Positions 39,189-48,334 of a stretch of DNA of 64,000 nucleotides are shown here, one piece after another. Numbering within the stretch: the stretch's first letter is position 1; every line of letters starts with the position of its first letter. The stretch is from a virus. Below the pieces are notes generated by a model that had not been told where the DNA came from, searched no databases, and was given only the letters and a program-made list of their open reading frames with translations. Location of the stretch: positions 1 to 64,000 of the IMG/VR virus record IMGVR_UViG_3300008954_000005. One strand, written 5' to 3'. The position numbers were made by a program, and so were the translations under genes.

Positions 39189-39225
39189 GTCCCTTCTATT
39201 CCCACAGTCCACAAGGAGGATTCAA

Positions 39226-40308
39226 ATGTCGATAAGGTTGATGAACACACGTGTTCCAGACCATATTCTTGTAAAAGGCGTGGTCACAAAAAGGTCTACG
39301 GCGTATTCAACCAACCTTTTCTGTGACCCAAACGACCCAGAAGAAACAGCTTACTTCGAAGATGAACTTACCCCGCTTGAAAAGGGTCACGTCTACCTTT
39401 GGAAAGAAGATGAATCTGGTGCAGTCTTAGTCCACATGCCATACAGAATTATGGATAAAGAAACTGGTTCCCTTCTGAAGGGTCTCAGTTCCTATAGGTC
39501 AATTGGGACTTTAATTGCTAGAAGCATACCCCAGAAAATGACTCTATCTCCAAAATCTTGCTTACAGGATTTTTTACTGAGCTATACCGATTTTAAAGTA
39601 TTCTCTCATAGAGTAGAGACCTTAGGGGGTACTACTGAAAAGGACTCAGTTGACCTAGAGCAGTTCCTGAAAGACATGCAGTACATCACTTCAGAAGCAA
39701 GTACCCTCCAAGCAAAAATAGGGACACTCAGGACAAAATACTGTATGTCTAGTTCAGAAGAATTATTGGACACAGAGGAAAAACTAAACGAAGTTCTTAG
39801 AGAGTTTGCCTGGGTAAGAGAAGAGATAACAGAGCTTGGTAACAAGCGGGTACTTATTGTTAAGAAGCTTGCCGCATTGAAGTGTGAAATCAATAGGACA
39901 ACTGACTATATCAGAGCTTCAGCGGAACAAGAGCAAGTACAAGAAGCCCTTAAGATGCTTAACCAAACCAACTTCGACAGAATTACCAGAGAAGCGATAC
40001 ACAAACACAATATCGATTCAGGCAGAGAACAGTCTACTGTGATACCTGCCCATATTGGTTCTCTGGCTAGCGCAATAGCGGAACTTAGAACGTACTACCC
40101 AGCCCTCACAAAGCTGACAGGTCATGGAGAGAACGTAGTCATAAGCCTCTCAGGTCTTAGGCTCATTCTTACACCAACTACCATAAAGGTAGAAGGAGAC
40201 CCATCAGTATTGAAGCCCTACATGGGTGAGGGCGCTACAGTAGACGCTTCCGGAAATGCTTCTCTTCGGAGAAGGAGGAGGAACATTGTACCAGATGTAA
40301 AGAAGTAA
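39226..40308 (+). CDS. hypothetical coiled-coil protein
   Basis: AAGGAGG RBS; long heptad region. Confidence 0.7.
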   Translation: MSIRLMNTRVPDHILVKGVVTKRSTAYSTNLFCDPNDPEETAYFEDELTPLEKGHVYLWKEDESGAVLVHMPYRIMDKETGSLLKGLSSYRSIGTLIARSIPQKMTLSPKSCLQDFLLSYTDFKVFSHRVETLGGTTEKDSVDLEQFLKDMQYITSEASTLQAKIGTLRTKYCMSSSEELLDTEEKLNEVLREFAWVREEITELGNKRVLIVKKLAALKCEINRTTDYIRASAEQEQVQEALKMLNQTNFDRITREAIHKHNIDSGREQSTVIPAHIGSLASAIAELRTYYPALTKLTGHGENVVISLSGLRLILTPTTIKVEGDPSVLKPYMGEGATVDASGNASLRRRRRNIVPDVKK

Positions 40309-40315
40309 CACACAC

Positions 40316-40429
40316 CGACAGAGTATAGATTGTCAAGCCAATAGGCGGTTGATCTCGAAGTAAGTACAGGCAATTACTACGTTTTTAACGACAAAGATTA
40401 CCTTGTCAGTGACACACATTATATTGTCA
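40316..40429. promoter_or_regulatory. three YGACA-N10-TGTCA palindromic sites upstream of parB
   Basis: sites at 40316-40335, 40389-40408 and 40410-40429. Confidence 0.8.
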
Positions 40430-40513
40430 TTTTATTCCTAATGGAGAACCTACTACCGATGAATATTTATGCAGCGGTATTGAGAACAAAACCAACAAAT
40501 GGAGGTTATTACC

Positions 40514-41413
40514 ATGCAGCTTGAGCAGCAGGTATTCCCAATTGACAGCATCGAGCGAAATGTGCTCGGTTTCCGAAACAGTCGATCCGATGTTGGAGAT
40601 ACGCGAGAACTTCGCGCCTCCATCATTTCCGATGGGCTGCTAAACCCCCCAATCGTTCACGTTACTACAGATGAAGATGGTAATGAGAGAGTCCTTCTCA
40701 TTGCGGGCTATCGACGACTCCAGGCTATTCTGGATGAGCGGCAGGCTCGAAGTGAGGGGGAGGATGAAGAGGCTTTCTTCGAAGACATCGCATGCGGTGT
40801 CCACGTTGGATCTCTTGAGTCCGCTCTCGCCCTGAACATTGCAGAGAACCTGCAGCGTGAAACGCTAAACTTCGCAGATAAGTGTGAAGCCGTATTCCGA
40901 CTTAATGAGCGCATCGGTAATCAGCAAGAAGTTGCTGATATGCTGAACATCTCTCAGCCCCAGGTGAGCGTTCTTTGCTCCACCTACAAGGGACTGAGTA
41001 CTGTTGCGTTCGATTGTCTTCGGCACGGTCGAATCACCATGGGACAGGCTAAGAAGCTTGCCAAGGTGGTGAAGGCTGACGGTACTCCAGACGCTGGTCA
41101 GCAGGATGAAATCCTTGAACAGCTTCTGGGACAGGGTAAGGATGAGGTTCCTGACACTAAGCAGCGTCAGCGAGCTAAGACCTACCGCTCGAAGAAGGAA
41201 GTCGAAGAGCTTCGTACCGCTCTTGCAAACGACGAAACCGGACTGGATCAGGAGCACAAGGACGCGGCGACCCGCTTCGTTCAGTGGTACTTCTGCGAAA
41301 TCGATACTGATGAACTCATTCATCGTATTGATGCGGTCGAAGAGGTTACGGTCGAAGATAAGCCCACCAAGAAGACGATTAAGCGTAAGCGTCGTATTCG
41401 GGTAGGTGACTAA
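40514..41413 (+). CDS. parB: ParB/Spo0J-family protein (ParB N-terminal domain + HTH)
   Basis: LRASIISDGLLNPPIV, LIAGYRRL, ENLQRETLN, QQEVADMLNISQPQVS. Confidence 0.85.
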   Translation: MQLEQQVFPIDSIERNVLGFRNSRSDVGDTRELRASIISDGLLNPPIVHVTTDEDGNERVLLIAGYRRLQAILDERQARSEGEDEEAFFEDIACGVHVGSLESALALNIAENLQRETLNFADKCEAVFRLNERIGNQQEVADMLNISQPQVSVLCSTYKGLSTVAFDCLRHGRITMGQAKKLAKVVKADGTPDAGQQDEILEQLLGQGKDEVPDTKQRQRAKTYRSKKEVEELRTALANDETGLDQEHKDAATRFVQWYFCEIDTDELIHRIDAVEEVTVEDKPTKKTIKRKRRIRVGD

Positions 41414-43006
41414 ATGAACCGGAGCGTCGAAGAACTCGACGTTCTCATTAGGGCTGCGCACCCGGTGATCTTTGTGGTTAGCCATGAAGAACATCGGGTT
41501 GCGCAAGCTCTTCATGAGATTGTTGAGCGCAAAAATAAAAGTTCAGAGGCTAACGCCTCTCTGTGGACATGGTCTATGACCGATGGAGCCTACTGCGGCG
41601 ACGAAAACTTCACAGATTTAGACGGTCCTCTTGAGATTCTTGAGCATATCGGAAAGTACGAAAAATCCGGTGTCTTTATGTTGAAGGACTTCGCGTATTT
41701 CCTGAATGAAGGCCCTGCCTATCTTGTTCAAAGAAAACTACGCGACCTCACGTCAGCTATGGGGCATGGAATTTCCATCGTAATTGTGGATAGTGAGTTA
41801 AACATCCCACCCCGTCTTGAGAAGCTTATGACCGTTGTGGACTTCGACCTCCCAACAGCACAAGAACTTGAGAGCTACACGGCGTGGGTAGTTAAGGACC
41901 ACCTAGGTAAGCAGAAGGACGTACCCCAAATTCATGAGGACGCCTGTAATGCTGCCGTAGGCCTTACTGCTACAGAAGTTGAAAACGTCTTCTGTAAGTC
42001 GCTCGCTAAAAATAGCACGCTTGATCCTAAAGTGATCATGGAAGAGAAGAAGCACATCATTCGTAAGTCTGGGGTGCTTCAGTACCATGACGTAGATAGG
42101 GATATGGCTGATGTAGGTGGACTCGCAACCCTTAAGGGATGGGTCAACCAACGAGGTCGGGCGTTCACCTCCAAGGCTAGAGAGTATGGTCTTCCACACC
42201 CAAGAGGAGCCCTCATTGTGGGAATTCCGGGTACTGGTAAATCCTTGATTGCAAAGTGTATCGGCGCATCATGGAAGATGCCGGTGCTGCGTATGGATGT
42301 GGGCGCTTTGTTCGGACAGTTTGTCGGGCAGTCAGAAGCAAATATGCGGAAGGCCCTGAAGACTGCGGAAGCTCTAGCTCCCTGTGTATTGTGGATTGAT
42401 GAACTCGAAAAGGGTTTTGGTAGTGCGGGTGGTGGGGGTGCTCACGATAGCGGAACCTCTGCCCGTGTGTTTGGTAGCTTCCTATCTTGGATGCAGGAGA
42501 AAACTTCTCCTGTATTCGTAGTTGCTACCGCAAATGACGTAAGCCAACTTCCACCAGAGATGCTTAGAAAAGGAAGATTTGACGAATTGTTTTTCGTAGA
42601 CCTTCCAAATGAAGCAGACAGGAAGGAAGTATTCCGTATCCACATTAGCAGGCTGGGGAGAGACCCAGACATGTTTGATCTCGGTGATCTTGTCAAACTC
42701 ACGAACGGTTTTACCGGCGCTGAGATTGAGCAAGTGATCGTTGACGGTTTATTCTTGGCCTTTGATGAGGACAGGGAACCAACCCTAAATGATTATTCAA
42801 TTGCTGCTGCTAGGACAGTCCCAATCTCCAAAACAATGGAGAAGAAGATTGAAGCTCTTCGTGGCTGGGCAAATGGTCGTGCTCTCATGGCCAATGAGTC
42901 TGACAAGCGAAAGAACGCTCCTACAAGCAGAGCGGCCAAGCGTGAAGGACGAGTCAAGCCAACAACAGGCTCTGACTGGTCCGGTCTGAAGAAGAAGGCA
43001 AATTGA
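41414..43006 (+). CDS. Ycf46-like AAA+ ATPase
   Basis: degenerate N-terminal AAA; GIPGTGKS Walker A, LWIDELEK Walker B, LPPEMLRKGRFDELFFVDLP. Confidence 0.9.
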   Translation: MNRSVEELDVLIRAAHPVIFVVSHEEHRVAQALHEIVERKNKSSEANASLWTWSMTDGAYCGDENFTDLDGPLEILEHIGKYEKSGVFMLKDFAYFLNEGPAYLVQRKLRDLTSAMGHGISIVIVDSELNIPPRLEKLMTVVDFDLPTAQELESYTAWVVKDHLGKQKDVPQIHEDACNAAVGLTATEVENVFCKSLAKNSTLDPKVIMEEKKHIIRKSGVLQYHDVDRDMADVGGLATLKGWVNQRGRAFTSKAREYGLPHPRGALIVGIPGTGKSLIAKCIGASWKMPVLRMDVGALFGQFVGQSEANMRKALKTAEALAPCVLWIDELEKGFGSAGGGGAHDSGTSARVFGSFLSWMQEKTSPVFVVATANDVSQLPPEMLRKGRFDELFFVDLPNEADRKEVFRIHISRLGRDPDMFDLGDLVKLTNGFTGAEIEQVIVDGLFLAFDEDREPTLNDYSIAAARTVPISKTMEKKIEALRGWANGRALMANESDKRKNAPTSRAAKREGRVKPTTGSDWSGLKKKAN

Positions 43007-43875
43007 GTCGCGGGCGGCATCATACTGGAATAATCCAGCTAGACGAATTTCTTCAGGGAGGTCTTCCTTCGGGTATCTGCGAAGTTATCGGGGAAGACGC
43101 GAGTGGGAAATCTACGTTGGGGTTTAGTGTGATGAGGGAGGCCTCTTTAAGGGGCCTCCCAACCGCCTTGATTCATACGGAAGGGTATCCCGATAAAGGG
43201 TATATCCGTAGGTCCGGTCCAACCGAATGCTTAGTTAGTGTACCTACTAACGCCGAAGCAGCTATCGAATCTGCCCACGTTTCCCTCCTTAGTGGGTGTG
43301 TGATCGTAGTGATCGATTCTCTTTCGGCTGCTGAGTCTGTATGCGATCAGGCTCAAGTTGTCGGTGACCGTGTCCCTTTCGCTGCTAGGAAGATGGCTTA
43401 CCATGGCCTTAGTATCCTCCGAGAAGAAGCCTTAAAAAGAAACGCATTGGTGCTGGTCGTGAATCAGCTAAGAACGCCTATCCAATCCCTAGTGCCCACA
43501 CCCTGTTCCTCATTTGAGGGGACTATAAACAGGTTGTGTGCCGTGCGGATAAGGACCGTTAGAGAAACCACCAGAAATGAGTATGGGGAGCTTGCCTACC
43601 TAAAGGTGCGGTTCAACATCTATCGCTCATTGGTTTCTCCCCCAAGTGACAGAGCCTACGGATTTCTCTTTAATCAAAAAGGGTTTTGTCGGGGCTTCGA
43701 ACTTATGCGTGCTCTATTATCGGCTAATATACTAGACCAAAAAGGCGCATACCTTATCGGTCAAGATGGCAAATCGCTAGGCCCTGGGTATCTAGGTGCC
43801 GCAGAGCAAATCAATAAAAATTTTGAACACTATCGGAGGATCTACGATGATCGAAGTCAAAGTAGTAGTCCATGA
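43003..43875 (+). CDS. RecA/UvsX-like ATPase (divergent)
   Basis: TGIIQLD..LQGGLPSG, GEDASGKST, VVIDSLSA, VVNQLR. Confidence 0.8.
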   Translation: MSRGRHHTGIIQLDEFLQGGLPSGICEVIGEDASGKSTLGFSVMREASLRGLPTALIHTEGYPDKGYIRRSGPTECLVSVPTNAEAAIESAHVSLLSGCVIVVIDSLSAAESVCDQAQVVGDRVPFAARKMAYHGLSILREEALKRNALVLVVNQLRTPIQSLVPTPCSSFEGTINRLCAVRIRTVRETTRNEYGELAYLKVRFNIYRSLVSPPSDRAYGFLFNQKGFCRGFELMRALLSANILDQKGAYLIGQDGKSLGPGYLGAAEQINKNFEHYRRIYDDRSQSSSP

Positions 43876-44032
43876 AGACGGAACCGTTGAGACCGAGGTT
43901 AATGGCGTAAAGGGAAAGGGTTGTACCCAGTACACAAACGCTGTAATCAAGGCCTTGGGCGGTGAAGTAGTCAAGGATGAAAAGAAACAAGAGTATTATG
44001 AGTCCGAGTCTACCTCTGTGAAGAGTAGATGA
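43847..44032 (+). CDS. DUF2997-family protein
   Basis: DGTVETEVNGVKGKGCTQYT..ALG......KQEYY. Confidence 0.8.
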   Translation: MIEVKVVVHEDGTVETEVNGVKGKGCTQYTNAVIKALGGEVVKDEKKQEYYESESTSVKSR

Positions 44033-44616
44033 GGATCCATAGAGTTACCTACGGAAGTCGTGTAAACGGCCCCGGTGTAAGAACAGTTCTACATACACAG
44101 GGATGCACAATAGGCTGCGCCGGTTGTTTCAATGCACACACCTGGGATGCCGACAAAGGCGACGAACTCACGGTAGATACCGTTATTGAACTGCTTCTGT
44201 CCGACATTAAGGACGGAGTGACTATTTCTGGTGGAGAGCCCACCGAGCAATGGGAAGAGCTACACGTAGTTCTTCAAAGACTTAAAGACGTAGGCCACAG
44301 TGTGGTCCTATTTACAGGACTAACCAAAGCCCAACTAGAAGAACGTGAGATCTGGAAAGATCTTCAGAGCCTAACCGATATCCTTATCGTTGGGCCATAT
44401 GACAGAACAAAACATATACAAAGTGAACCTTTAAGAAGCTCCTCTAATCAGGAAGTCTTCTTCTTCTCAGAATACACATCTGATGATCTAGAATCCGTAC
44501 CGGAAATCGAAGTACACGTTGACGGGGATACCGTCACCATTGCTGGGTTTCCTACTAAACCAATAAGAACAACTCTCTTACGAGAGTTAAAGGAGGGCGC
44601 ATGTCGCACCTTGTAA
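44029..44616 (+). CDS. NrdG-like radical SAM (4Fe-4S) protein
   Basis: NGPGVR..QGCTIGCAGCFN, GVTISGGEP, SSNQ. Confidence 0.85.
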   Translation: MRIHRVTYGSRVNGPGVRTVLHTQGCTIGCAGCFNAHTWDADKGDELTVDTVIELLLSDIKDGVTISGGEPTEQWEELHVVLQRLKDVGHSVVLFTGLTKAQLEEREIWKDLQSLTDILIVGPYDRTKHIQSEPLRSSSNQEVFFFSEYTSDDLESVPEIEVHVDGDTVTIAGFPTKPIRTTLLRELKEGACRTL

Positions 44617-45020
44617 GTTGTAAGTCCTGTATGAAGGACAAAGATGCCGTACTCTCCGCTCTTAGTAAGCTAGGGGTTCCCGCAGAACTGATTCAAGTAG
44701 CGCAAGATGGCCAAACCCTGGACCTCCAAGGTTACATGCGTGGCCACACTGCGAAAGTGGATATCCTTGTGGATAGATCTTTTCACGGCGGATACGGACC
44801 TTTTGGTTTTTCCAAGAGTGAGGACGGAACATATCAAGTTCACGTAGACGATATGGATGACCGTGGCGCACTAGCTGCGAAGACTAAGACTAGTACATTT
44901 TCCACTGGAGTAAGTCAGTGGTACAGCGCTCTGAAAGCCCAGAGAGCCTTAAAGAAGCAAGGTCTCTCCACCAAAATCAAGCAAGAAGGGCAAAAGCTGG
45001 TGGTTTTGGCTAAGGGATAA
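44601..45020 (+). CDS. DUF1257 (Ycf35-like) protein
   Basis: MSHL...KDKDAVLSALSKLG...GF....GTYQ..D pattern. Confidence 0.7.
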   Translation: MSHLVSCKSCMKDKDAVLSALSKLGVPAELIQVAQDGQTLDLQGYMRGHTAKVDILVDRSFHGGYGPFGFSKSEDGTYQVHVDDMDDRGALAAKTKTSTFSTGVSQWYSALKAQRALKKQGLSTKIKQEGQKLVVLAKG

Positions 45021-45027
45021 TACACTA

Positions 45028-45066
45028 AATGCGGACTCCCCCGGTGGGGTCCGCATTTTTTTACCT
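45028..45066 (+). terminator. intrinsic terminator
   Basis: aatgcggactcc...ggggtccgcatttttttacct. Confidence 0.85.
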
Positions 45067-45083
45067 ATAAATGAGGAGGATAA

Positions 45084-45443
45084 ATGTGGTTAAAAATAAC
45101 GGAGTTCTTTAGTAAGGTCTGGAGCCTCTTAAAGAAGACCCCTGGGGCAATCATTCTAGTTCTATTGGCATTGGTTGCTGTGGTCTGGTGGTTAGTGAAT
45201 CGACAACTTCTCCTTAAGAAGAAGCTACAGATCCAAAAAGAGATCACCAACATCGAGACCGACGCAGCTACGGCTCGGGCTATGGCGGAAGCCACACACA
45301 GCGCAGAGACAGCCGCCGCTACTAAAGAGTATGAAGAAGAGAAGGCTAAGCTAGAAGAACAAAAGAAGCGTATCGAGGAGGCCGAGAAAAAAGGCCCTGT
45401 AGCAATAGCTGAAGAATGGAAGAAGTTCCTGTCAGGAGGGTGA
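45084..45443 (+). CDS. membrane-anchored coiled-coil protein (i-spanin-like)
   Basis: single N-terminal TM then helical charged domain. Confidence 0.5.
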   Translation: MWLKITEFFSKVWSLLKKTPGAIILVLLALVAVVWWLVNRQLLLKKKLQIQKEITNIETDAATARAMAEATHSAETAAATKEYEEEKAKLEEQKKRIEEAEKKGPVAIAEEWKKFLSGG

Positions 45444-45444
45444 G

Positions 45445-45879
45445 ATGAAGAATGTACTAAACTCTATTACCGTTGTAATGGTCTCCGTAGGATTGGTGTT
45501 CACACCTGTTATCGCCTACGCAGATGACCCCCCGTCAGAGGCGTGCACTGAGCCTGTGGCAGTGACCACGCCGTGTTCCGGAGTACTGCTCCCACCAGAT
45601 GCGGCGGCGGAGGGGCTACGCTGTTTGAGCGTTACCGTTCCAAGGCTTCAGTTGGATATCGACTTCCTGAACACGACTTACACAAGCCGGGAAACCCGCT
45701 ATCAATTACTGCTAGACGCAGAAAGAACCAGGGGAGACCGGCTGTTTGAACAACTACAGGACGCAGCCGGTATGACTGCCCCCAAGTGGTACGAACATCC
45801 TATCTTCTGGTTCTCTGTGGGATTCATAGTAGCTGGAGCGACCACTGTAGGGATTACCTACGCGGTGAATAACGAGTAA
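45445..45879 (+). CDS. exported protein with C-terminal TM (possible spanin partner)
   Basis: signal peptide ending AYA; C-terminal WFSVGFIVAGATTVGI. Confidence 0.5.
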   Translation: MKNVLNSITVVMVSVGLVFTPVIAYADDPPSEACTEPVAVTTPCSGVLLPPDAAAEGLRCLSVTVPRLQLDIDFLNTTYTSRETRYQLLLDAERTRGDRLFEQLQDAAGMTAPKWYEHPIFWFSVGFIVAGATTVGITYAVNNE

Positions 45880-45880
45880 G

Positions 45881-46189
45881 CTACTGTTGTCGCCAGTCAC
45901 CAACTCGTAAGAGCGTTTTTGCCGCCTTTGCCACTCTTTGGCCCGCAGGCTGTACCCGAGGTGGTCGTATCTTCGGCGGAGCAGCACCAATACTAGCAAC
46001 GCCCTTTGGCCCGAGAACTGGAGCTTGCTTCGGTCGCCAAGAACCTGCTCGGAAGAGCGTTTTTGCCGCTCCCCCCACTCTTCCCAAGAGGCTTTGCTCC
46101 TGGGCAATCTTGGTAAGCTCTCTTACAAGAAGCTTTCTAGCAGCATGCTTTCCCAAAGCGTTCATAAGTTTAACCTTTATCTCCGGCAC
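45881..46189 (-). CDS. basic hypothetical virion protein
   Basis: end of structural operon; repeated AAKTL.R.G.WR. Confidence 0.5.
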   Translation of the reverse strand: MPEIKVKLMNALGKHAARKLLVRELTKIAQEQSLLGRVGGAAKTLFRAGSWRPKQAPVLGPKGVASIGAAPPKIRPPRVQPAGQRVAKAAKTLLRVGDWRQQ

Positions 46190-46913
46190 GTTTCAGCGCC
46201 CTAATTGCCATAGCGTCTGATGATCCTATACCACCCTCATAACCAGTTCTGGCTCTTCCGCGAGCGGCTCTTGCGTGTATTGCTCGAAGAAGGGCTTGTG
46301 CACCATAACCAGCACCACCGCCCATAAGGCCCATCAAAGCGGCCCCCTTAAGGCCACCAATCGCACCACCCAATCCCGCGCCAGCAAGTCCCCCGAGGGC
46401 ACCGGTGCCGGAAGCGCTAGTAATTGCTCTTGATAGAGGATTGGTTCCGTGGGAACGGCCTTTTGACTCTGTTTCCCCGCTTGCGCGTAAAGCGCGAAGA
46501 AGCCTTTGCTCAGAACCACCAATACCTTCTTGGCCCTGTCGTGCGCGACCACGAGCAGCCCTAGCTCGAATTACACGAAGCAATGCCGATGATGCCGCAC
46601 CCGTTAAAGCGCCACCTATCATTAGTTTGGCGTAATTTGGCTTCATCTTCCCTATAAATGGTTTTGCCTTAGCAAGGATCTCCACCGCCTCTTTATTGCC
46701 CCCCGCTGCTGCTCTTTGGAGTTTATCGACACCCAGACCTCCCAAACCCGCTAGTGCGGCTCCACCGAGGCCCTTCTGTGCAGCCGCAATCGCCCCGAAC
46801 CCTCCGGGGTTTGTAAAGGTTCTGGAGATCGGGAAGGTGCGCTCATCTTTCTCAGCGAGCTTTATGATCAGACGTCGTTTTGCGGTGTGCTTTACTAAGG
46901 CGGAATATTCCAT
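46170..46913 (-). CDS. Gly/Ala-rich basic protein with internal duplication
   Basis: two copies of ALLR.I.ARAARGRAR.G.EG..GS. Confidence 0.65.
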   Translation of the reverse strand: MEYSALVKHTAKRRLIIKLAEKDERTFPISRTFTNPGGFGAIAAAQKGLGGAALAGLGGLGVDKLQRAAAGGNKEAVEILAKAKPFIGKMKPNYAKLMIGGALTGAASSALLRVIRARAARGRARQGQEGIGGSEQRLLRALRASGETESKGRSHGTNPLSRAITSASGTGALGGLAGAGLGGAIGGLKGAALMGLMGGGAGYGAQALLRAIHARAARGRARTGYEGGIGSSDAMAIRALKRAGDKG

Positions 46914-46921
46914 TTTGTTCC

Positions 46922-47221
46922 TCAACGGCACCGAGCGCCGGTTGCTTGGCAAATAGAGCTAATGTTTTCAGCAGCCCTGCTTTGCTCAGTACGAATAACG
47001 CGCTGTTCCATAATCATTTCGCGGGTATCCTCTTCAAGAGACTCAACACGCTCCTCAATGACCGGGTGTGCATCAAGCTTTTCATGCTCTTGGATATGGA
47101 TATCGTTGGTAGCCGCCTGTGCGGAAGTCTGGTGCTGTTGGTAGTACAGAGAACCCGAGGCAAAGATAATGGGCACCAACCACAGAGCTACCTTAAACGC
47201 GTTTTGTGTTCGAGCAGTCAT
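46922..47221 (-). CDS. membrane-anchored coiled-coil protein
   Basis: N-terminal TM; adjacent to holin-like gene. Confidence 0.55.
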   Translation of the reverse strand: MTARTQNAFKVALWLVPIIFASGSLYYQQHQTSAQAATNDIHIQEHEKLDAHPVIEERVESLEEDTREMIMEQRVIRTEQSRAAENISSICQATGARCR

Positions 47222-47224
47222 TGT

Positions 47225-47533
47225 TCAGCCCTTGTACGCATCGATAAGCTTCTCAATCTTCTTATATAGAAGGATTGAGAGAATACCACCAGAGGCCCCT
47301 ACGGAAACATCCCAGGGAAAAGCGTAAGGAAAAGACAATCCCACCCCTGCACCAATCAGGAGTGGGATTAGCCTAAACGCCGCTTGCCACATCCATGGGT
47401 CGGCGGAATTAACATCCCGACCAACCCACTTGCCGCAGATAAGTTTTATTATCTGCGTAATACCATAGCTAAGCACGCCCGAAATCGCGAGCAGTGCTAA
47501 AAGCTCTGGCATAGATGGCATGGAAGACTCCAC
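47225..47533 (-). CDS. putative holin
   Basis: about 100 aa, three TM segments, charged C-terminus. Confidence 0.55.
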   Translation of the reverse strand: MESSMPSMPELLALLAISGVLSYGITQIIKLICGKWVGRDVNSADPWMWQAAFRLIPLLIGAGVGLSFPYAFPWDVSVGASGGILSILLYKKIEKLIDAYKG

Positions 47534-47535
47534 GA

Positions 47536-48300
47536 TTATACGGCCGTCTCAGAGGTGAAACCACCAGTGTCATCCGCAAGGACACCACTGATAAGCTGCA
47601 ACTGAGTAAGCTTAATCGGAACCATCTTCTCGTACTGGATTCCTACCGACTCTTGAATCAGTAGCCCCTGGGCATCTACAGCCAAAGAGTGCTGAGGTAC
47701 ATAACACTGGTCAAGGTAGACCGTTGCAATGTTGTTTTCCTCATTGTCCTTGAAGATCAACAGCAACCCAAGTGGCTGGCTGAACAGGTCAGAAGCCAGA
47801 TTGAGGAACATGTTGTCGTAGCCAGGGGGAACCTTAACGGAGTGGAGCCCCGCGCTAACGCCGTCAGCGCCAGTAACAGAGAAGGGGTTCACACCAAGTC
47901 CAGCAGATTCCATAAGAGGGCTGATCTTGTACTCATCCGATCCACCATCGGAGGTGTCATAATATGCGTATAGACATCTCAGGAGGCTCGGGCCGTGGTA
48001 AACCACGCGACCGAGGGAAAGCTGTCCAACGCTACGACCAGAGATGAAGTAGCTTCGATCTGAACCGATCTCAAAGATTCGGCTGATAGCCTTGTTCTGT
48101 GACAACGCAATGTTCTGAGTAAGTCCGATTGGGTAAACAATCGTGTTTGTCAGATCAGTGTCGCCAGAGCCTAGGGCTACTTGGCTGAAAAAGGGAGGTC
48201 CCGCGCAGATAAGGATAAACTGCCCGTTAAGGAAGTTACCTTCTCGGAGACCACCCTGTACGTGGGTCTTGTATGGTGACCAATTTTCTAAACCGGGCAT
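47536..48300 (-). CDS. putative tail tube protein
   Basis: PIGLTQN...RIFEIGS..YFISGR; position downstream of sheath. Confidence 0.7.
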   Translation of the reverse strand: MPGLENWSPYKTHVQGGLREGNFLNGQFILICAGPPFFSQVALGSGDTDLTNTIVYPIGLTQNIALSQNKAISRIFEIGSDRSYFISGRSVGQLSLGRVVYHGPSLLRCLYAYYDTSDGGSDEYKISPLMESAGLGVNPFSVTGADGVSAGLHSVKVPPGYDNMFLNLASDLFSQPLGLLLIFKDNEENNIATVYLDQCYVPQHSLAVDAQGLLIQESVGIQYEKMVPIKLTQLQLISGVLADDTGGFTSETAV

Positions 48301-48334
48301 GATTTCTCCTTATCCGGGCGTGGTTTCAAATGTT

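Noticed and set aside
39075-40429. CRISPR array
   Set aside because: The units are short palindromes with 10-nt cores, not 25-40-nt direct repeats with unique spacers; no cas genes are in the window.
44029-44616. Class III RNR system (nrdG)
   Set aside because: No nrdD is in the window and the context is the AAA/DUF1257/DUF2997 cluster, so the gene symbol is withheld.
45084-45443. Other ORFs ending in GG (45084 ...LSGG, 63489 ...AGGG) as further Ubls
   Set aside because: No beta-grasp pattern. The 45084 GG is explained by an overlapping GGAGG Shine-Dalgarno, and the 63489 end overlaps the next gene's start region.
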